Source: Octopus bimaculoides (Eukaryota). From it: 32,439 nucleotides of DNA. The notes beneath the pieces were generated by a model, which was not told where the DNA came from, did no database searches, and was given only the letters and a program-made list of their open reading frames with translations. The DNA is taken from contig NC_069004.1 in NCBI RefSeq assembly GCF_001194135.2, positions 2,246,756-2,279,194 on the forward strand, read 5' to 3'. Positions within the stretch are counted from its first letter, which is position 1. Each line of letters opens with the position of its first letter. Below are positions 23,451 through 31,330 of this stretch, piece after piece. Made by a program: the position numbers and the translations under genes.

Positions 23451-25979
23451 GAAATAGGGCAATGAGAAAGGAATTAATGGGAGAAACACCAACAATCACA
23501 CAACAGATACGATCATTCTCAATCCCTCATCAGTTGCCAATCCAAATATCATCACAATTTCAATACCTTCTGACAACAATGTTCAATTTAGTGTGTCGGT
23601 AACATAAGCTGTGGAGAATGTAAGTGACAGTGAAAGTATCTTACCTTTGTTGATAATAAATGCATTGCTGCAAGAGACTTGCTCTTTTTAAGCACAGCTG
23701 AAAGCTGTATGTCAAGTTCTTCAAAGATACTTTCTCCAAAATATAGTCGAGGTTCAGAAGTGCAACGCTGATACAACAAAAGATATATGGTCATTACTGC
23801 CATGAGGTTCAAATCAATTTATAACAATAACATTCAGGAATACAATATGTTGTCTTTATCATTCTTTCCCTAGTGTCAGTCATTGCACTGTGGCCATATT
23901 GGTACTTTATTGTACTGACCCTGTTACTTAAGCTAGTACTCATTTTGTGTCTGCCTGTTATAAGACATACTGTTATAGGACATACTATTTCATTAATATT
24001 CTGTTAACTAAACAGTACAAGTTGGACATAACAAGAATTGTTTACCTTAATGCGTTTCGTTTCTTTGAATTTAGGAACTTTCATTTGGATTATTCTGCAA
24101 TAAACAAATAAAGAAAAGTATCTTCATTTTCATCATTGGCAGTCTGTCTACCTGCTTTTCTGTCTGTCTGCTTGTCTGTCTGTCTGCTTGTCTGTCTGTC
24201 TGCTTGTCTGTCTGTCTGCTTGTCTGTCTATCTGTCAGCTTGTCTATGTCTATCTGTCTGTGTATCTGCCCATCTATCTGCCAGTCTATCTGTTTGTCTG
24301 TCTGTCAGTTGCTCAGTCTGTCTCTATGTCTTACTGTCTGTCTATCTGTTTGGCAGTCTATGTCCCTGTCTGTCTGTTGGTCTGCTTGTCTATCTGTCAA
24401 TCAGTCTTTCTGTGTGTCAGTCTGTTAGTCTGTCTGTTTGTTTGTCTTTGTCTGTATGTCCGTCTATCTGTGNNNNNNNNNNNNNNNNNNNNNNNNNNNN
24501 NNNNNNNNNNNNNNNNNNNNNNNNNNNNNNNNNNNNNNNNNNNNNNNNNNNNNNNNNNNNNNNNNNNNNNNNNNNNNNNNNNNNNNNNNNNNNNNNNNNN
24601 NNNNNNNNNNNNNNNNNNNNNNNNNNNNNNNNNNNNNNNNNNNNNNNNNNNNNNNNNNNNNNNNNNNNNNNNNNNNNNNNNNNNNNNNNNNNNNNNNNNN
24701 NNNNNNNNNNNNNNNNNNNNNNNNNNNNNNNNNNNNNNNNNNNNNNNNNNNNNNNNNNNNNNNNNNNNNNNNNNNNNNNNNNNNNNNNNNNNNNNNNNNN
24801 NNNNNNNNNNNNNNNNNNNNNNNNNNNNNNNNNNNNNNNNNNNNNNNNNNNNNNNNNNNNNNNNNNNNNNNNNNNNNNNNNNNNNNNNNNNNNNNNNNNN
24901 NNNNNNNNNNNNNNNNNNNNNNNNNNNNNNNNNNNNNNNNNNNCAGTAGTAGTAGTGGTGGTGTGGGGGGCATAGTAGTGGTGGTAGTGGTAGTGGTGGT
25001 GGTGGTCTGTGTGTGTGGGCATAGTAGTGGTGGTGGTAGTATTAGTAGTAGTAGTAGTGGTGGTGGTGGTAGTGGTGGTGGTGGTGGTGGTGGGTGGTGA
25101 AAATAGTTGTAGTTGTGGTGATAGTGATGGCACTAGTAGTTGTACATGGTAATTGTGAATATCAACCAACCAGAGATGACTATAAAGGCTACAGGCACTA
25201 CCTCACCTAATCTGGTAACTAAATGCTCTCATCATTCCCTCACTGTGCAAACAAGACCCAAGTTGCAACAATAGAAATTATGGTATGAAGTGTTTGCTTA
25301 CATTCAAATATCTCCATTCGATATTTGTAGTAATCAGCAAATAGTTTCCCAGGATATGTTGATCCATATTTCTGCAAAGAAAAACCAAAACTTACTACAA
25401 ATGCTAGGCTACATAGTCACTGCTGATCTTTCCAGGAAATCTTCTATTCATGTCATAGCAAAAATGCAACCCCAAAATTCAATCTTCTGATTTGTTGCAA
25501 TATTTCAAGCTTCAATTAGTTGCTGACTTTCTATAAAGCCCAACTGATGGTGCTGTTTATCTTGATATGAGATCAGCATGTCGCACACATATGGTTGTGA
25601 TGCATGTGCCTGGTGTACCCTTATCAGGCAGGTAGTCACGATGAATATACAGGGCTTCATATATTTTACCCCTGTGTTACTTTTGATAACATGCACTATT
25701 CTCTCACTCAATAATAATGATAATAATAACCCTTTCTACTAAAGGTGCAAGGCCTGAAATTTTGGGAGGATGGGTCTAGTCGATTTCATCAACCCCAGTG
25801 TTTTACTGGTACTTAGTTTATCAACCTTGAAAGGATGGAAGGCAAAGTTGACTGCAGCAGAATTTGAACACAGAACATAAGGATGGATGAAATGATGCTA
25901 AGCAAATTGCCCGGCGTGCTAACAATTCTGCTAACTTTCCACCTTATTAGTAATAATAATGATAATAAAAATGATGATG

Positions 25980-26031
<52 letters not shown>

Positions 26032-26960
26032 TAATAGCCCTGATGCAGTACCAAGTAGTGACTCTTATGGCTTCTGATCTTAATTGATTGGAAGTGTTAT
26101 CATGTACATTGTTTTGTCTTGATATAAAAGATGGGCTGGGCTACAGCAAATATTCTGCTCAATATCACAGATTTGCTTGTCAGTTGCTTGACCTTAACCA
26201 GTTGAGCATGTCCCTATGTGGCTGATGATATGTGCATCTATGATGATGAGCAGAAGTAGTGGGAGAGCATTATAGCCATGTGCTGAGAAGAATTCTTCAG
26301 GATTTCAATATTTCACCTCTGGAAACATGGCTGTTTCGTTCAACATCCTTGAACAAACCTCATTCAGGGACCTTTTGAGTGGGATGGGTTACTCAACCTG
26401 AAGAAAATTCTAACTGGGCCCCACCTGCAAGGTCATGCACTGTTTATCTTGATATAAGATCACCATGTTCCGCACATATGGTTGTGATGCCTGTGCCTGG
26501 GTCCCCAATTGTGGGTCCTCAATTTATTATTTTATTGTGTGGACCCCCAAAATTTTATATGGACTCCCAAGGATCATATGGACCCTGGCTGAGAACCATT
26601 GCTTTACGATATACCAGTGGTCATGCAATCAAGGGAAACCTTTCGTCTACTATGCATAATCATTAAAATTCAAAAGAAAAAAGAAAAATTATTTCTTACA
26701 CTGAAGAACTTCTGGAACATATTCTTGACAAATGTTTCTTGCTTTAACATATTCCCTACGTGCCAATGCTGTAAATGAATAATATACAAAACTATAAATA
26801 TCTTCTGCAAGAACTGAAACTGGTTCGTACTTTATGTATTTTCAAATATTTGATTATGTATGTGCCAGTATTTGTATGAGTGTGTGTGAGTGTTTCTGCA
26901 TGTGAGTATGTAAGTGCACATATGAGCATATGTGTGAATGTGTGTGCAAGTTTCTGTATG

Positions 26961-26999
<39 letters not shown>

Positions 27000-29297
27000 T
27001 GGGGCACCATAAGAATCCCGCATTGTCCCCTTTTTGTTTCTTTTACCCTTAGCTTCTTCTCTCGGTATTGGTGTCTCATAGGCAGTTCTGTATCACTCAA
27101 TCTCCACCGAAGCTTCTCCCTTTTTTTAATCGCGTGACGAATGGCAAATACATCAAGCCTGCAAGAAATTACAGAATAATTAATTAGCTGTTAATTTTAA
27201 ATTTAGAGGAGTTCACTGTAATGATGATAACAATATTTCACTTACAACTTTGCAGTTTCAGTGGCCAGTTCAGTCCTCACTCGACTATTGTTGGGTATGG
27301 TTGTATACACTCCTCGGCTGTCAAGTTCTGTTAATTAAAATGAATACCACAGATCATTAATGATATATCTGGATGATTAAGAGCAAGGTAAATGAACCCT
27401 CAGGTGTGAGGAAATATAGATTTCTTATTTTAGCTGGACATTACTGCTTTCCTAACTACACAGCTTTGAAGGGTTAGGGTTAGGGTTAGCTGCCTACATA
27501 CACAAAGACACAAATGACAGTAAGTGAAAGGAGAAACAGGGGGTAATTTATTCACTTACCTTTGGCCTTTCGGCTGTACAGTCTGAAGAGATCCAAACAT
27601 ACATCTCCAATACACATGTATACTTTCAATCGCAGTTCTCTGTTTTCCTCTGCATTCTGAGAAGGAAACAAAGATTTGAGAAGTTTTACGAAACTATACG
27701 AAGGAATGTGAATATATAATGTTTAAGCAAAAGATTTTGGTTGGTTAACTGTTTTGCATAAGGAGATCATCATCATCACTTAACGTCTGTTTTCTATGCT
27801 GGCATGGGTTGGGTGGTTTGACCAAAGCTGCCAAGCGGGAGAGCTACACCAGGTTTCAGTTTGATTTGGTTTGGCTGCTATTGGCTTCTATGGCTCACCC
27901 AAATACCAACCACTTTACAGAGTGTGCTGGGTACTTTTTACGTGGCACCAGCATGGGGTGCTTTTATGTGTTACCATCACCAGTGCATTTTATGCAATAC
28001 CAGTGCTTTTTATGTAGTGCCGGCACAGGTATGCTTTTTACATGGCATCAATATGGGTGCTGTCTGCGTGACACTGGCATGGGTGCTTTTTATATGACAG
28101 CACCATTCGAATGTTGGGCCTCATGGCGACAATGTGGCCAGTGCTGGCGTCACATAACTGGCATCCGTGATGGTGGTACATAAAAAGCACCATGAGCATT
28201 GGGCCTCATGGAGGCTGCGTTGGTGTAATGGTGGCACACTTGGTCGCCTAATCAAAGGGGTGTATGTTCGAGCCTCATGCGTACAAGAAAATTATTCATT
28301 AGACATTTTTTGTCCAATTTAGTGATAAATAAAAGCTTTTATACATAGTCTATTAATACTTAAATCAATTACTGTAGTTGTTGACATACATACATTTTAT
28401 TTTTTAAAAATAACTGATCAAAAATTACCCCCTGCCCTTATCCAGTATGCCAGTTGGGCCTTCCATAATCTAATTCAGTACCTGATTACCCCCTGCCCTT
28501 ATCCAGTGTGCCAGGTGGGCCTTCCATAATCTAATCCAGTACCTGATTCTCACTACTCTTTGCTAATTTTAATCCAGTCTCTTCTGCTTAACCAGACTCC
28601 AAAATAATAATATTTTGCTTAACCATTATTATTATCACTTGTGTGCGAAGGGACATAATTCAGTGGTTAGAGTGTCAGACTCACAATCATGGGGTAGTGA
28701 CTTTGATTCCCACACCAGGCTGCTGTGTGTTGTGTTCTTGAGCAAGACACTTTATTTCACATTGCTCCAATTCACTGAAGCTGGGGTGCGTTTCATATTC
28801 CCTAAACATCTTTTACTCCATCAAATATGGTATTTAGCCAATATAAAACTTACCAGACAATGGTCATTTATTTTGTCTTTAAAATTCATTTCGGCCAACT
28901 TGAGTTCATTCAAAATGATATAAATCTGAAATATTAAAGAATTAAAACTTGAATCTTTTGGAATTAGCTTTTCTTCTTTTTTTTTTATAAATAAAAAAGA
29001 AAAGATTAATAAGAAGAATAGAGTATAGAAAGCCAAGCAGTCTGAGTGCAGGGCATACCTGTTGAGGGGTCAGGAGTTTATAATGTTAGAAGAAGTGGTG
29101 GTGGTAGTGGTGGTTGTAGTGGTGGTGGTAGTAGTGGTGGTTGTAGTGGTGCTAACGTTAGTGGTAGTGCCAGAAAAACTTACAAATTTTTTATGTTCCT
29201 CTTCATCAATATTTTGTCTTATGGAATCTTCGACCAACACATTTCGGACACATTCCATGAGATGGTTGAATTCCTCCGGTCCATATTCAGATAATAC
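10069..29297 (-). CDS. CCDC87: Coiled-coil domain-containing protein 87-like (multi-exon; 5' end unresolved, some exons in N-gaps)
   Basis: Hand-spliced GT-AG exons give motifs matching recalled CCDC87: RGVYTTIPNNSRVRTELA, RCTSEPRLYFGESIFEELDI, DDLPPVIK, YNELLGE, DWKSWW..KYLSTMDSDFLHVIFHLYD, GFWNAETILLGGLGSDP, LAQRMSDLWEALEMPDDSRNKMALRY, RPYIEKMKYDRVEMLYYLQEER. Splice phases chain consistently except across the 24473-24943 and 12316-12718 gaps. Confidence 0.85.
10529..10590. repeat. (CTA)n microsatellite
   Basis: Direct observation. Confidence 0.95.
10757..10837 (-). CDS. CCDC87: CCDC87-like exon (KIDEIDAKL...TVTFQ)
   Basis: ttttcag| acceptor, |gtaact donor, phase 0-0. Confidence 0.85.
10915..11050 (-). 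mobile_element. SINE fragment (same family)
   Basis: Reverse-complement core caactggtacttattt...aaagtcaaccctggcagaatttga. Confidence 0.7.
11757..11818 (-). CDS. CCDC87: CCDC87-like exon (PGGSGAMRLREARERSLLYK)
   Basis: tcttcag| acceptor, |gtaagt donor, phase 1-0. Confidence 0.75.
12719..12817 (-). CDS. CCDC87: CCDC87-like exon running into N-gap (GPTIVDGLAQRMSDLWEALEMPDDSRNKMALRY...)
   Basis: atccag| acceptor, phase 0; LxxxWxxLxxPDxxRxxMAxxY motif; 3' end lost in the gap. Confidence 0.85.
13160..13220 (-). CDS. CCDC87: CCDC87-like exon (TVAAAGKSSISAVSGHERSS)
   Basis: cttccag| acceptor, |gtaaga donor, phase 2-0. Confidence 0.7.
13299..13490 (+). mobile_element. tRNA-derived SINE
   Basis: A-box-like gcttagtggttagg and B-box-like ggtttcaattcc, then ttgagcaaaacact..tttcac.ttgctcc.gtccactcagctgg; paralogous to 18133 and 28650. 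Confidence 0.8.
13718..14075 (+). mobile_element. tRNA-derived SINE with internal (GT)n
   Basis: ggtcgtgtggttaagag head; the cttgtgagtagatttggtagatggaaact body recurs inverted at 19440-19610 and 32215-32300. Confidence 0.7.
14169..14181 (-). CDS. CCDC87: CCDC87-like 13-nt microexon
   Basis: ttgtttctttattcag|CCTCACCCAAGGC|gtgagt; phase 1-2 bridges the flanking exons exactly. Confidence 0.6.
16036..16166 (-). CDS. CCDC87: CCDC87-like exon (VEKELAVA...LGGLGSDP)
   Basis: gttgcag| acceptor, |gtaaat donor, phase 2-1. Confidence 0.85.
16312..16534. mobile_element. piggyBac-like MITE copy 1
   Basis: TTAA-(a)cctttcgttacc ... ggtattaaaaggg-TTAA. Confidence 0.8.
16589..16809. mobile_element. piggyBac-like MITE copy 2
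   Basis: TTAA-ccctttcgttacc ... gttgtcaaaaggg-TTAA; internal sequence similar to copy 1. Confidence 0.85.
16818..17010 (+). mobile_element. SINE (gataaaataagtaccagtt family)
   Basis: The core aattcc.c.gaggt.gactttgcctttcatc..ataaaataagtaccagttga is shared with 3652-3800, 10915-11050(-), 17415-17560(-), 22030-22245(-) and 25725-25945(-). Confidence 0.8.
17415..17560 (-). mobile_element. SINE (same family)
   Basis: Reverse-complement core, flanked by (AAT)n. Confidence 0.7.
17608..17711 (-). CDS. CCDC87: CCDC87-like exon (DSDFLHVIFHLYD...AEVL)
   Basis: gtttcag| acceptor, |gttagt donor, phase 0-2. Confidence 0.85.
17783..17853. repeat. (GAA)n/(GGA)n microsatellite
   Basis: Direct observation; fills the intron between exons at 17862 and 17711. 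Confidence 0.95.
17862..17956 (-). CDS. CCDC87: CCDC87-like exon (EVTDVKKQGDWKSWW...YLSTM)
   Basis: gcaag| acceptor, |gtatgg donor, phase 1-0; W..WW motif. Confidence 0.8.
18006..18127. repeat. (AAT)n microsatellite
   Basis: Direct observation. Confidence 0.95.
18133..18380 (+). mobile_element. tRNA-derived SINE
   Basis: tggtttagtggttagggtgttgaactcatgatc..ggtttcaattcc head; paralogous to 13299. Confidence 0.8.
18526..18571 (-). CDS. CCDC87: probable CCDC87-like exon (frame ambiguous)
   Basis: cattcag| acceptor, |gtaagt donor, 46 nt, open in all three frames. Confidence 0.45.
18717..19400 (+). mobile_element. RLE-type non-LTR retrotransposon remnant (R4/Dong-like)
   Basis: Decayed frame WWNTPTKTSI*CEHNRTDIVL*DREQ..VVEVSCPADVNV..K..EK...YPDY..VPIVIGTLGYVP...GTVKICKTFQRF* carries the PD-(D/E)xK restriction-like endonuclease C-terminus; flanked by (TACA)n. 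Confidence 0.8.
19440..19610 (-). mobile_element. tRNA-derived SINE
   Basis: ccaaatccactcacaag..ggctatagtagaagacacttgcccaaggtgccac..gaactc...cttaaccatacagc. Confidence 0.75.
19764..19890 (-). CDS. CCDC87: CCDC87-like exon (DEDIFEAPD...VPPWQ)
   Basis: gttacag| acceptor, |gtatga donor, phase 0-1. Confidence 0.75.
20232..20363 (-). CDS. CCDC87: CCDC87-like exon (IPSSIVEEID...ELLAK)
   Basis: tatacag| acceptor, |gtaatt donor, phase 0-0. Confidence 0.8.
20480..20850 (+). mobile_element. RTE-like LINE 5'-region fragments
   Basis: ggtagggcctcccata..caaagg..agactaa and ctcccatgctg..caggtcaagggatagaggccagg resemble recalled RTE 5' UTR motifs; two partial copies. Confidence 0.45.
20889..20990 (-). 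CDS. CCDC87: CCDC87-like exon (DTVRISSVQV...YNELLGE)
   Basis: ttaacag| acceptor, |gtaagt donor, phase 0-0; YNxLLGE motif. Confidence 0.85.
21376..21442 (-). CDS. CCDC87: CCDC87-like exon (DVKIIEPIFTQPD...QKK)
   Basis: Long poly-T plus ctgcag| acceptor, |gtgttt donor, phase 2-0. Confidence 0.7.
21500..21880 (-). mobile_element. interspersed repeat (same family as 27770)
   Basis: Ends ccaacccatgccagcatggacaacagacgttaaa(tga)n. Confidence 0.7.
22030..22245 (-). mobile_element. SINE (same family)
   Basis: Reverse-complement core actggtactta...ggcaaagtcgacctcagtggaatttgaactcag. Confidence 0.7.
22330..22430 (-). CDS. CCDC87: CCDC87-like exon (SVAQDDKRK...RRSE)
   Basis: ctgaag| acceptor, |gtaagc donor, phase 0-2; coiled-coil-like sequence. 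Confidence 0.75.
23252..23368 (-). CDS. CCDC87: CCDC87-like exon (KEEQRTRDL...LPPVIK)
   Basis: cttccag| acceptor, |gtacat donor, phase 0-0. Confidence 0.8.
23645..23767 (-). CDS. CCDC87: CCDC87-like exon (RCTSEPRLY...LLSTK)
   Basis: gtatcag| acceptor, |gtaaga donor, phase 0-0. Confidence 0.8.
24046..24094 (-). CDS. CCDC87: CCDC87-like exon (IIQMKVPKFKETKRIK)
   Basis: ttattgcag| acceptor, |gtaaac donor; open only as phase 2-0. Confidence 0.65.
24140..25100. repeat. degenerate (TGTC)n tract, N-gap, then (TAG/TGG)n tract
   Basis: Direct observation; source of several spurious ORFs. Confidence 0.9.
25302..25371 (-). CDS. CCDC87: CCDC87-like exon (KYGSTYPGK...EIFE)
   Basis: ctttgcag| acceptor, |gtaagc donor, phase 0-1. 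Confidence 0.6.
25725..25945 (-). mobile_element. SINE (same family)
   Basis: Reverse-complement core between (AAT)n tracts. Confidence 0.7.
26035..26500 (+). mobile_element. interspersed repeat, probable LINE 3' region
   Basis: Starts after (AAT)n; segment cttgatat.agatca.catg..gcacatatggttgtgatgc.tgtgcctgg is repeated at 25560-25615. Confidence 0.5.
26700..26768 (-). CDS. CCDC87: CCDC87-like exon (HWHVGNML...KFFS)
   Basis: tttacag| acceptor, |gtaaga donor, phase 0-0. Confidence 0.6.
27047..27158 (-). CDS. CCDC87: CCDC87-like exon (LDVFAIRHAI...EKKLR)
   Basis: ttgcag| acceptor, |gtaaaa donor, phase 2-0. Confidence 0.7.
27246..27327 (-). CDS. CCDC87: CCDC87-like exon (ELDSRGVYTT...ETAK)
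   Basis: taacag| acceptor, |gtaagt donor, phase 1-2; RGV(F/Y)T motif. Confidence 0.8.
27560..27656 (-). CDS. CCDC87: CCDC87-like exon (NAEENRELRLKVY...SRKAK)
   Basis: ttctcag| acceptor, |gtaagt donor, phase 0-1. Confidence 0.8.
27770..28200 (+). mobile_element. interspersed repeat beginning after (CAT)n (tttaacgtc.gctttcc.tgctggcatgggtt family)
   Basis: Paralogues at 15548-15735(+), 17225-17410(+) and 21500-21880(-); internal ~35-40-bp tandem subunits. Confidence 0.7.
28425..28546. repeat. 61-bp tandem duplication (2 copies)
   Basis: ttaccccctgcccttatccagt.tgccag.tgggccttccataatctaat.cagtacctga x2. Confidence 0.95.
28650..28785 (+). mobile_element. tRNA-derived SINE head
   Basis: tcagtggttagagtgtcagactcacaatcat..tttgattcc..ttgagcaagacactttatttcac. 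Confidence 0.75.
28854..28925 (-). CDS. CCDC87: CCDC87-like exon (IYIILNELK...NDHCL)
   Basis: tttcag| acceptor, |gtaagt donor, phase 0-0. Confidence 0.75.
29184..29297 (-). CDS. CCDC87: CCDC87-like exon (VLSEYGPEEF...EEEHKKF)
   Basis: tctag| acceptor, |gtaagt donor, phase 0-0, 38 codons. Confidence 0.75.
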
Positions 29298-29529
29298 CTA
29301 GATATAAAAGAGAAACATAATATTGTACACACACACACACACATACACGTACACATGTATGTGGACATGGAATTATTCAAGTTGGTATCTGAAGGCGGCA
29401 ATAATCCCATTGGGTTTTCACTCAATAGATACTCACAACATCCTGTCTGAGAATTGATACCATGATCCTACGAGCGCGAATCCGCTGCCCTAACCACTGG
29501 GCCATTGTGCCTCCACACACACACACACA

Positions 29530-29581
<52 letters not shown>

Positions 29582-30239
29582 ACAGGCTTCTTTCAGTTTG
29601 TCCCCTCTATGTTTAGCCCCTTGTGGGCAATAAAGAAATAAATATTGTTATTCCAGAATGCAGCAAAGGACTACTGACTGGCAACTCAAGCTGGTTGCAG
29701 ACAAGTGCATCAACATGCATTTTGGGAGGTAAAACCCAGCTTTTACATACTCCCTCATCAACATCAATCAAATGACTGAAACAAGAATAAAAAAAGTGGA
29801 AAAAAGTTGTTGATAGCTTATATGTCATGAGAAGCAAAGGGTTTTAGCATGTGAAATTTGTCCCTTTGCTCTCCTGACCCAGAACAGTCCTTAAAATGTC
29901 AGCGGGACCTGAAGGACTACTGACAGTCTTCTGGTCTGGCAGTGAGAGTCTTTATTGCTGATGTCTTTACCTGTTATATAAAATCTTAGAGCAATGATTT
30001 ATTTTTTTCAAAGGATTAACTGAAACGCTTACCTGAGGATTGTAGGAAAAATGAATGATCTTTTGGGGTTTAAGCATTTGACTCAACATGATGGCTGCAA
30101 TTAGAAGATTATAATTACAATTATGATTTGAACTTTTGTTAGTGCTGAAAAGAAAACTGGACAAGCACCAAAGTTTTTATCAACCATAAAAGAATAGAAC
30201 AGCACTACTAAGAGACTGGAACCTCTGCATTGGGCATTC

Positions 30240-30640
30240 CAAGTACATTGTTGTTGTTGGCACTCCGTCGCTTACGGCGTCAAGGGTTCCAGTTGATCCG
30301 ATCAATGGAACAGCCTGCTCGTGAAATTAACGTGCAAGTGGCTGAGCACTCCACAGACACGTGTACCCTTAACGTAGTTCTCGGGGATATTCAGCGTGAC
30401 ACAGTGTGACAAGGCTGACCCTTTGAATTACAGGCACAACAGAAACAGGAAGAAAGAGTGAGAGAAAGTTGTGGTGAAAGAGTACAGCATGAGTCGCCAC
30501 CATCTCCTGCCGGAGCCTTGTGGAGCTCTTTAGGTGTTTTCGTTCAATAAACACTCACAACGCCCGGTCTGGGAATCGAAACCGCGATCCTATGACCGCG
30601 AGTCCGCTGCCCTAACCACTGGGCCATTGCACCTCCACTC
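30240..30640 (-). mobile_element. tRNA-derived SINE (long form)
   Basis: Ends in gggaatcgaaaccgcgatcctatgaccgcgagtccgctgccctaaccactgggccattgc (tRNA-like head, reverse complement); the head also occurs at 29445-29515. Confidence 0.8.
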
Positions 30641-31082
30641 CATCTTATTTACCATTCCTTTATTATTCAACTTAAGATCATCATCCGCTCCACACAGCCA
30701 TGCATGCGCTCATGAATTACAGTTAGCAGAAGGTACATGATACATGTACAGAACTTTTTTTTATTTATAATGTTTCATATAATTTATTTCATTTTTATTT
30801 TTAAGTGTTACGTAACTGAAATTTTATTATGTATTGAAAAAAAAAAAACAACTTGCCTGTTATAAGCTAAAATAATCTTCTAAATTTGTTTACGAACAGA
30901 AGTTCTTGTGCTGTGGTTAAATTTATATTAAATGTACTTTTAAAAATATTTCGAGTTTATTTTAAATTTCGTTTCTTTCAAAATTTCTATCAAAACGTTT
31001 AGTCCTCGTCAGTATTTGGAACCAGCATTTTCAATTAAAAAAATACAATCGAAATCTCCATTTATCACCGCCATAGTTAAAT

Positions 31083-31096
31083 GTAACCATGGCAGC
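31083..31096. promoter_or_regulatory. RFX X-box-like motif GTAACCATGGCAGC
   Basis: One mismatch from the GTNRCC-N(0-3)-RGYAAC consensus; lies between the divergently oriented CCDC87-like gene and the Merlin-derived ORF. Confidence 0.45.
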
Positions 31097-31330
31097 AGAT
31101 ATCAGACGACAGAATTAGGGGGTAATAGGGAAAAATATTTGAATGTTTTTTTTTTTATTTGTTATTAATTTTAATGATCTTTCTCATTTTATTTATAATT
31201 GATGGACTACAAAAATGGGGAACAAAATCAAAATTAACAAAAGTAAAAGAAAATTTTACAATCGTTAATAACCGGCAATAATCGCCAATGAAACGAAAAA
31301 TTTAATTTATGTACAAGATTCGAAAGTAAA

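Noticed and set aside
25206-25245. Possible small CCDC87-like exon (EGMMRAFSYQI)
   Set aside because: Phase 2-2 does not fit the phase-1 donor at 25302, and the intron would be very short
27471-27489. (GGGTTA)x3 telomere-like repeat
   Set aside because: Only three units within a short intron; not meaningful as interstitial telomere
855-28546. CRISPR-like repeat arrays or prokaryotic systems
   Set aside because: Tandem repeats have no unique spacers, no cas genes are present, and the DNA is clearly eukaryotic with spliceosomal introns
348-29301. Many ORF-track entries rich in YI/HT/CV/NNN/SSS/VVV or X
   Set aside because: Translations of (TA)n, (CA)n, (TACA)n, (AAT)n, (CTA)n, (TGTC)n microsatellites or N-gaps; not genes
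29690-30094. Candidate 5' CCDC87-like exons (30033-30094 MLSQMLKP...; 29775 onward HLIDVDEG...)
   Set aside because: Good splice signals but phases do not join (0 vs 2); the start codon cannot be assigned, so they are not reported as CDS
13299-30640. tRNA-like A/B-box segments (13299, 18133, 28650, 29445, 30560)
   Set aside because: They continue into shared SINE bodies and are mutually diverged; SINE heads rather than tRNA genes
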